From Octopus sinensis (lineage: Eukaryota), in contig NC_043015.1 of NCBI RefSeq assembly GCF_006345805.1, forward strand, positions 6,448,001 through 6,512,000: a stretch of DNA of 64,000 bases, given 5' to 3'. The position numbers were made by a program, and so were the translations under genes. Below the pieces are notes generated by a model. It had not been told where the DNA came from. It ran no database searches and was given only the letters and a program-made list of their open reading frames with translations. Below, piece by piece: positions 55,591 through 64,000 of this stretch; within the stretch, counting starts at the first letter, position 1; each line of letters opens with the position of its first letter.

Positions 55591-55790
55591 CGGGAAGCTT
55601 TATGAAAATAAACAAAAGACGAAGGCAGGTGGAAAACAAACGAACAATTGTATTAGTATGGCGCTCAGGAAATATAAATAAAACAAGTCTTTAACGTTTC
55701 GAGCCTACGCTCTTCAACAGAAAGATACACAGAGAGAGAAAAACACAGAAAGAAGGAGAGAAAAAAATGCGTGCAGTAGCTAACGAATGC
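55590..55790 (-). mobile_element. Penelope-type terminal-repeat (pLTR-like) fragment carrying a hammerhead-like motif
   Basis: Contains the aacgtttcgagc...gctcttcaacag signature I associate with Penelope-derived repeats; boundaries approximate. Confidence 0.55.
55688..55725 (-). ncRNA. Type I minimal hammerhead ribozyme-like fold with a variant core (CUGUUGA)
   Basis: RNA: UCUUU-CUGUUGA-A-GAGC-GUAG-GCUC-GAAA-CGUU-AAAGA. Helix I 5 bp, helix II 4 bp with tetraloop, palindromic ACGU helix III, extra A after A9, A6 replaced by U. Activity unproven. Confidence 0.6.
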
Positions 55791-55851
55791 ATACATATAC
55801 ACATATATATATAATATATATATATAATATTATATATATATATATATATGT

Positions 55852-56210
55852 ATATATAAATATATGTGCATATATAATATAAGTATGTATATGTATATAT
55901 ATATATACATATACATATATATGTATGTATATATAAGTATATATATGTATATATGTGTGTATATATATATGTATATATATATACACAAACAATATATGCA
56001 TATCTATCTATCTATCTATCTATATTATATATATATATATATAATATATATATATAAATATATGTGCATATATAATATAAGTATGTATATGTATATATAT
56101 ATATACATATACATATATATGTATGTATATATAAGTATATATATGTATATATGTGTGTATATATATATGTATATATATATACACAAACATATATATGCAT
56201 ATCTATCTAT
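55852..56210. repeat. 198-bp-period tandem duplication of a complex AT-rich microsatellite block
   Basis: ataaatatatgtgcatatataatataagtatgtatatg...acacaaaca recurs (gtgca at 55866 and 56064). Confidence 0.88.
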
Positions 56211-56388
56211 CTATATATATATATATATATATAAGCATATGCATACTCATGTGCGGTAGTGTATGCGTAGACCAACAATATAATTGGAATGATGATCATA
56301 AATCAGTGATATTTTTATTGAAAGGTAACTCGGAGAAAGAGGAGATAGGGGAAAAGATTGTGAGGAAGGGAGAGACAGAGACGAAAGA

Positions 56389-56422
<34 letters not shown>

Positions 56423-56939
56423 AGAGACGGAGGAGAGGAATTGGACTTAGAAGACATATGCGCCTGTGAGATCGTATCGGTTGTGTGTGAATATGTGCAT
56501 GACAGGGAAAAAGAAAGAGCTGAGTACATAGAGGGTGTCCGACAAGAAAGAGAAAGAGAGAGGGAGAGAGACGAAAAGAGAGAGGGAGATGGGGAGGAAG
56601 AGAGAGGGCGGTTGCTGGAGAATAAAAAAAGATATAACATAGGAATTATCAATATATCTATATCGACATTTCTGTCTACCATTCTATGTCATGAAACTAT
56701 ACTTATATATATGCATACATCTTTTAGCTTCTAAATTATATATAGTATATGTATGTATGCATGATGTATGTACGTATATGTATGTCTGTCTGTCTATCTA
56801 TCTATCGATAGATAGATAGATATAGATAGCCATACAGAGAAAGTATTATTAATGTACAAACGTGGGAATGTGTGTGTATAAATACATAGATACATATATA
56901 TGCATACATACATATATGTATACATACATACATTCACAC

Positions 56940-57236
56940 ATCTATCTATCTAAAGCTATCTATCTATCTATCTATCTAAAGCTATCTATCTATCTAAATC
57001 TATCTATCTATCTATCTAAATCTATCTATCTAAAGCTATCTATCTATCTGTCTAAAGCTATCTATCTAAATCTATCTATCTAAGTCTATCTATCTATCTG
57101 TCTAAAGCTATCTATCTAAATCTATCTATCTAAATCTATCTATCTAAGTCTATCTATCTATCTGTCTAAAGCTATCTATCTAAATCTATCTATATATATA
57201 TCTAAAGCTATCTATCTAAATCTATCTATCTATCTA
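56940..57236. repeat. (TCTA)n-derived complex minisatellite with variant units
   Basis: Interspersed tctaaagcta, tctaaatcta, tctgtctaaag and taagtcta variants in a recurring order. Confidence 0.92.
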
Positions 57237-57798
57237 TTTATTTATAAGAAGATGAACAAGAAGGCAGGAGAGGGGCAGAAGAAGAATTTATAGCTGGGTA
57301 GTAAATGCTGTTATTTTTACAAATATTTTTCGCTGTTATGTATTAGTGAAATATTAGCATTCCCCGGTTACTTTGTTTAAGAAGTCTGTCGCTTCTCATG
57401 GATTCTGTAGATTTGTAATAAACGCCGTTGTTCAGGCAAAACTGCTACTATAGTATTCAGCATAAACCGTTCGGCTGGAATTCTTATCGAGTGGGCATTA
57501 TTTTCCTAGCATAGAACATCTATAACAGGCGAGGGCAATTTTTTCTAGTAGCGCGCCTTACGGGTTATTACTTATCAGAAATCGTGCTACCCAAAAAATA
57601 CTATAATTTAACAAACACTGTATGAATAGTTCAACCAGCATCATATCTTATTATATTAAGCAAATCGTAGGAAAGCTAATTCAGAGAAGGAGCGAATGAA
57701 TGAATGAATGTAGGAAAAAAGGAAAAGCACATGGATATTGCTCGAATTAATGTAGGACGAAGGGATTACGTAATAGCATTACAGTCGAAGGGAAAAGG

Positions 57799-57848
<50 letters not shown>

Positions 57849-58044
57849 CATGCATACATACATACACAGACACACACACACACACATATGTATATATGGT
57901 GTATTGTGTCTGGTGCACAAAAAATGCGGCCCGAATGCGGCTCTTATTTTACCTGAGCCTGGCCCTTTTCTTGCTTGTTTCTCATGCCTGCTTCACAGAA
58001 TGAAGTACAAAAATAGTTGTTTAACTTTTATCGTTTTGGCATGA

Positions 58045-58145
<101 letters not shown>

Positions 58146-58260
58146 CAATGCACATACATACATACATGTATATATATATATAGATATATGTCATACATGC
58201 ATATATATATATAGATATGTGTCATACATGTATATATATATAGATATATGTCATACATGC

Positions 58261-58295
<35 letters not shown>

Positions 58296-58537
58296 ATATA
58301 TAAACATATATATGCAAACATGCACAGAGAGAGAGAGAGAATGAAAGAGGGAGAGAGAGTGAAAGAGAGAGAAAGAGAGAGATTAATATATAGACACATA
58401 GACAGATGACTGTGGTGAATGAGTGACTGGGCGGGTGAGAAATGGAAAATAATTGAGCCAATTTGAAAGAGGCAATGAGAGATTTCAAGAGTCGGTGTAG
58501 CACTGTGACAAGCAGATCTTGTGTTATCTAATGGCTA

Positions 58538-58539
<2 letters not shown>

Positions 58540-58591
<52 letters not shown>

Positions 58592-58800
58592 ATTTCTCTC
58601 TATTTCTCACACTTTATCCCTCACTCCACTATCTCACCTCTTCCCCTCTCTCTCTCTCTCTCTCTCTCTCTCGCTCTATTTCTCTCTATTTCTCACACTT
58701 TATCCCTCACTCCACTATCTCACCTCTTCCCCTCTCTCTCTCTCTCTCTCACTCTTTCTCCCCTCTCTCTAGCCCTCTTCTCTGTTTCTCTTTCACCCTT
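58540..58800. repeat. (CT)n tract with an internal 86-bp-period duplication (58591 and 58677)
   Basis: tatttctctctatttctcacactttatccctcactccactatctcacctcttccc occurs twice. Confidence 0.9.
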
Positions 58801-59040
58801 TTTCTCTCCACAGTTTCAGTCTTTACTTAGTAAAGATGTCAGCGACTGCCATTCATTATATATGAGGTCCTGACTCCGGTAGCATTAAAGAATAACCGTC
58901 TTCAGAAATATATTTCCATGACCAAACAAAGGCATATATATATATACATAGTGTGTGTGTGGGGGGGGGTCTGTGAATTATTTAAAAGAAACTTGAAGGC
59001 GTCAATGATACCTTTCATTACACGTAAACAGCAAATTAAA

Positions 59041-59071
<31 letters not shown>

Positions 59072-59089
59072 AATAAAAATAATAATAAT

Positions 59090-59270
59090 CTTTTCTAACA
59101 TATGCACAAGGCCTGAAATTTTGAAGAAGGGAGAAGTCTGTTACATCGACTCCAGTGCTCAAATGGTACTTATTTCGATCCTCGAAATTATGTACGGCAA
59201 GGTCCGACTCAGCAGAATTTGAACTCAGAACGCAAAGACAGACAATAATGCTACCAAGCATTTCGCCCAA
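59090..59270 (-). mobile_element. SINE family B (B1), 5'-truncated, with (AAT)n tail at 59040-59088
   Basis: cttttctaacatatgcacaaggcctgaaattttg...gaatttgaactcagaacg...catttcgccc. Confidence 0.85.
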
Positions 59271-59597
59271 TAATAATAATAACAAGGCTGCATGACCTTT
59301 ACGCTCCCATCTCTTTGGTATAGAATAGACTAAAAGGGTTGCCGGTCATACAACACGGTAGAACTCATTCAACTAAGAATGAAACCTCTTTTGAGAGTGA
59401 ACTTCATTACCGGCATTGCACATACTAAAGAGAGGGGATACAGCTTCAAATAACATACATTTAGACACGCTTATATTTGTGTGTGCAGATATACATACAT
59501 ATAATGTGTGTGTATAAATATATATATTTTTTTTTTATTTTATTTTTCTCTAGTTTCAGCACACAGCTGCAGCCATGCCGATGCACCACCGTTTTAA

Positions 59598-59765
59598 AAT
59601 TTGCGGCGAAAGAGTACAGCAGGGATTGCCACCACCCCCTGCCGGAGACTCGTGGAGCTTTAGATGTTTTCGCTCAATTAACACTCACATTGCCTAGTCT
59701 AGGAATCGAAACCGTGATCCTATGACCGTGAGTCCGCCGCCCTAACCACTGTGCCGTTGCACCTC
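59598..59765 (-). mobile_element. SINE family C, 5' part
   Basis: gcgaaagagtacagcagggattgccaccaccc...ggaatcgaaaccgtg...ccctaaccactg; matches the 27847 copy. Confidence 0.87.
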
Positions 59766-59768
59766 CAT

Positions 59769-59819
<51 letters not shown>

Positions 59820-59821
59820 AT

Positions 59822-59915
<94 letters not shown>

Positions 59916-60201
59916 TACGATGGTATAGATACGTAAGACTGAAAGAGAGAGCAGAGTCAGAAAGAGAGATGGAAAGGAAGAAGTAGAGGAACAGAATGGT
60001 AAAAATTCTTTCCAGCATCATATGTATCTGTTAGTATATAGTAGTAGATGCCTGCGATTTTCTAGGAATGGCTAGCTACGATGCTGTACAGAAATATAAT
60101 TCTCCGAATATTCATTTAAAAGGAAATATCAATGGAATTACATAGCAAACTCTATAACCGCACCATATGTATGTGTGTGTGCGTGCTTGTGTATGTGTGT
60201 A

Positions 60202-60256
<55 letters not shown>

Positions 60257-60376
60257 CTGAGTCTGTCTGTTAGTATGTGTGTATATATGTATATGTGAAT
60301 GTATATGTGTATGTATATTTGTCTGTAACTATCTTATATATATCTCTCTCTCTTTCCCGCTCTTACCATACATATT

Positions 60377-60411
<35 letters not shown>

Positions 60412-61289
60412 TGAGACAGAGAGAGATAGAGAGAGAAAGAGAGAGGGAGAGAGAGGGAGTGAGTGAGTCGAAGAGAAGGAAAGTGAGAGAGAGAGAAAGA
60501 AAGAGAGAGAGGGACAGAAACAGAAGGAAGGAGAGAGAGAGTGTAAGATACAGAGGGTAATTAATGTGATTTGCCTCATCGGCTTAATTAATTTCGTAAT
60601 GCATACTGTTATCTCTAAAAGAAACATCTATATATTATTTTGATGGTTAGCTGTAATACATCAAACTTAACTCTATGTGGTACAATGGTACGAAGCAGAT
60701 AAAGCTACTGTCTTAATGTTACACTGTCATATTTGAACTGTGATGATATTGATTTACAGTAGAAGCCGCTTATTATGATCGTTTCGTGAAGAAACGTTTA
60801 GATAACTATGGCTGGCATACTACATAAAGTGGATGATGTTTTAATATGTCCTGAGCGTGTTTGTGTCACATAAATCTTGATAGCAGTAATAACTGTGTGA
60901 TAATATTGTCCTTGATGATAATATGCGGTTTCTACTATATTTAGAAGTAATCTGCATTGAACTATGGAACTCTGATATCCTTTAGCATCTGATCGTGGAA
61001 AGCAAAGATTATACTTTCTCATAGCTTCCGTTTCTTCATCACCCTCTGTCTTTCTCATTATATTATATACATTTATGTATTTGTACATAAAGACGTGAGC
61101 ATCGGCAAGAAGACAGAAAAAAATAACGCTCTGTGTTTTAGAGCAAAGTCCATTTTCACATTTATTATGCATTAGTTTTAGGAATGCCACACGCAGTGAA
61201 TTCGGATGAAAGCTCAATTCCAAAGGGTAAAGATTTGAAAATGAAGACTCCAGCCATTGAACTATGTTTTATATCGGATTTTGTAATGC

Positions 61290-61510
61290 CTCAAGATAAT
61301 AATGGGTAGGATTTAAGCACAAGACCAGGAGTTTGGCATGCAGGCGATAGTCAACATCAATACTCAACTGAAACTATGTTTTATGACACAGGAAGGATAA
61401 AATGTAAAGTTGACCTCTGCGGAATTCGAACACAGAACTTAAGCAACTGCAAGAAATAACGTAAGGTACTTTTTGCTGGTGCTTTACCGATCTTGCCAAT
61501 CCACCATCAT
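61290..61510 (-). mobile_element. Old, degraded family-B SINE
   Basis: gcacaagacc...ggataaaatgtaaagttgacctctgcggaattcgaacacagaac...cgatcttgccaatccacc. Confidence 0.65.
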
Positions 61511-62253
61511 TTACGACAGCCCACCACGGAGAGATTCGAACAGAGAACACGGAGGTTCGTAACTAAACGTAAAACAGCATTTTACGTGGTACTCTTACAA
61601 TGCTATGATACACAATGCTTCCGAAAACATAAGGTTTGTGAATACTAGGGAAACTGTGTTTGTGGCTTGTCGTTCTCTGAAGCTAACTATTATTCTATAA
61701 TATAATGTAAGTTTTATATATGTGTATCTACTAAATGTCAGACGTTGTTTAATAACGCTATGCATTAATGGAAATATAATAGCACTATTTCAGAGATTTA
61801 GCAGTACTACCGACACTGTAAATCGCTGCCTATGGCACTATATATAGACTACAACGAAATATAACTCTTATTATTGTATTTGCCATGGAGATGGTGATAT
61901 TTCTGTATATTGTCTGTCACATCAATTGAAAGATATCTTTCGGATATTAAATCCTATAAAGTGGATACTGTTTCTGTATGTGTTGAATATTTGGAACCAA
62001 CATTATATAGCTGGTCGATATAACAAGTCTAAGAGCGTCGTTGTCGCTCAGGCTGCTAGAAATAGAAGCAGATAAAAGTTATTTTTACACATGCTATACC
62101 ATAACCTTTCCTCAGTCACTTGCCGTATCTTGAACGTGTAGTCATTGACACACTACAGTTCTTATATCCAGCAGGTGACTCGGTAGAAACCCAACAAATA
62201 TACTATATCATATTTTGTTTATCTTTTTGAATTCAGTATCTTTACCACCAAAA

Positions 62254-62550
62254 GGCGGTAAGTTTGACAGAATCGTTAGCACGCCGGGCCAAATGCGTAG
62301 CCGTATTTCATCTGCCATTACGTTCCGAGTTCAAATTACGCCGAGGTCAACTTTGCCTTTCCTCCTTTCGGGGTCGATAAATTAAGTACCAGTTACGTAA
62401 CTGAGGTCGATGTAATCGATTAACAAACCCTTTGTCTGTCCTTGTTTATTCCACCGAAGAATAAAATGAGGGCCAGTTGAGCACTGAGATCAACTCAATC
62501 GACTTCTTTCTTGCCCTCAAATTTCTGGCTTTGCGCCGAAATTTGAAACC
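62254..62550 (+). mobile_element. Family-B SINE (B2-like tail to ~62450) plus an extra B1 3' fragment (~62470-62550)
   Basis: ggcggtaagtttgacagaatcgttagcacgccggg...gagttcaaattacgccgaggtcaactttgcc...aattaagtaccagtt. Confidence 0.88.
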
Positions 62551-62628
62551 AATATCTCATGGACATGCTTCTAAAATAAAATAGAAAATAAAATAAGCAC
62601 GTCATCTACGACTTTTCGACGGAAATAC

Positions 62629-62848
62629 TTATATTTTTCCTACTCTAGGCACAAGGCCCGAAATTTTGGAGGAGGATGCAAGTCGATTAGATCGACCCGA
62701 GTACGCAGCTTGCACTTAATTTATCGACCCCGGAAGGATGAAAAGCAAAGTCGACTTCGGCGGAATTTGAACTCAGAACGTAAAGGCAGACGAAATACCA
62801 CTAAGCATTTCGCCCAGCGTGCTAACGATTCTGCCAGCTCGCCGCCCT
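62629..62848 (-). mobile_element. Family-B SINE (B1), full length with 16-bp TSD
   Basis: Flanks ttttcgacggaaatac (62613-62628) and ttttggacggaaatac (62849-62864). Confidence 0.93.
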
Positions 62849-63385
62849 TTTTGGACGGAAATACATCTTACGCCCAGAATTGACGAAGCACGGAACAAAC
62901 TATAGGCATTGATTATTATCTGCTAAAACGCTTTATCTATTAAAAAAACTCCAGGCCTTTCTTTTCTTTTTCTTTTTCTTTCTATTTCATTTATTCTTTT
63001 TAATTCACTAATATTTTTCCGTCAGTGTACACACTTTCATATTGTTGTCTCTTTAACATGTCATTTCGTTTTATATTCTCTCTACTGTGACACTGCGCAT
63101 GCCCTTTTGGCTGTCATTGCTATCTTTCTTTACTTGACTTGTTGCTGATTTCTGTTCTCACTTTTATCTTTTTGCAACGCATTGTAGCGCACCTGAGTAC
63201 AGTTTGCAATAAGCTCATTATCACCAGGTAACATACGTAAGACATAGTGTTGCCATGTTGTCGTTGATAGATAAATATAAGTGAGAATTAGGGATGACAC
63301 GAACCTGTTAATTTGCCCTTAACCGTCTCTACGACAGAAACAGCGACGACAAAGGCAGCATCTAAATGTTACTAACTCCAGAGAA

Positions 63386-63584
63386 GGCGACGAGCTGGCG
63401 GAAACGTTAGCACGCCGAGCGAAATTCTTAGCAGTATTTCGTTTGTTTTTACCTTCTGAGTTTAAATTCCGCCTTTCATCCTTTCAGGGTTGATAAATTA
63501 AGTACCAGTTGCGTACTGGAGTCCATCAAATCGACTGTCTCCCTCCCCCAAAATTTCGGGCCCTTGTGCTTAAAGTAGAAAAGA
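63386..63584 (+). mobile_element. Family-B SINE (B1) with 17-bp TSD
   Basis: Flanks ttactaactccagagaa (63369-63385) and ttactacctccagagaa (63585-63601). Confidence 0.93.
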
Positions 63585-63642
63585 TTACTACCTCCAGAGA
63601 ACATATTAAACTAAAGTGATTATTTTCATATAAGTTTAAAAC

Positions 63643-64000
63643 GGTGAGCTGGAAGAACCTTTAGAACGTCGGACGAAGTATTTCGAGGCATTTCATACGT
63701 CTTTACGTTCTGAGCTTAAGTTCCGACTAGGTCGATTTTGATTTTCATCATTTTGGGGTCGATGAAATAAGTACCACTTGAACACTGAGATCAATATAAT
63801 CAACTTAATTCTATCCCTAAAACTGGTGGCATTGTGCCTATGGAAGAAAGGTAATGTTTATTTAAAACTAAGTTTAAGGCGATGAGCTGGTAAAAATCGT
63901 TTGCAAATCCAACAAAACGCTTCGCGGCATTTTGTTCGTCTCTACGTTCTGTGTTCAAAATTTCGCTGAGATTGAATTTGCTTTTCGTTCTTCTCTTGTG
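63643..64000 (+). mobile_element. Two degraded family-B SINEs (~63643-63850 and 63878-end of window)
   Basis: cggtgagctggaagaacc...; ggcgatgagctggtaaaaatcg...tgttcaaaatttcgctgag. Confidence 0.8.

Noticed and set aside
56153-56734. 193-aa ORF with E/R-rich centre
   Set aside because: It begins in a TA array and runs through (GA)n tracts; low complexity with no domain motif.

Overview
AT-rich eukaryotic DNA that is intergenic or deep intronic. It is most likely from a coleoid cephalopod (Octopus); this is inferred from recalled octopus SINE families and the microsatellite load, and no search was run. I find no supportable protein-coding gene, rRNA, true tRNA or CRISPR array. Nearly all ORFs in the track are translations of (TA)n, (CA)n, (GA)n or triplet repeats, or are short ORFs with no recognisable homology. 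The window is a transposon landscape. It holds at least four tRNA-derived SINE families (labelled A-D here), degraded RTE- and CR1-type LINE fragments, and a ~1.25 kb Penelope-like RT + GIY-YIG relic. It also holds a 418-bp MITE with 29-bp TIRs and an 8-bp TSD, two short TGTT...AACA solo-LTR-like elements with 5-bp TSDs, and very long TA arrays. Best leads: (1) a Penelope-type minimal hammerhead ribozyme fold with a non-canonical core at 55688-55725 (-); (2) SINE dimers inserted as single units, two sharing one junction and each with its own TSD; (3) a candidate solo-LTR/TRIM family; (4) a possible Merlin-type MITE; (5) a Deu/Nin-domain SINE relic; (6) two pre-miRNA-like hairpins. All family assignments come from motif recall and by-eye alignment and need database confirmation.
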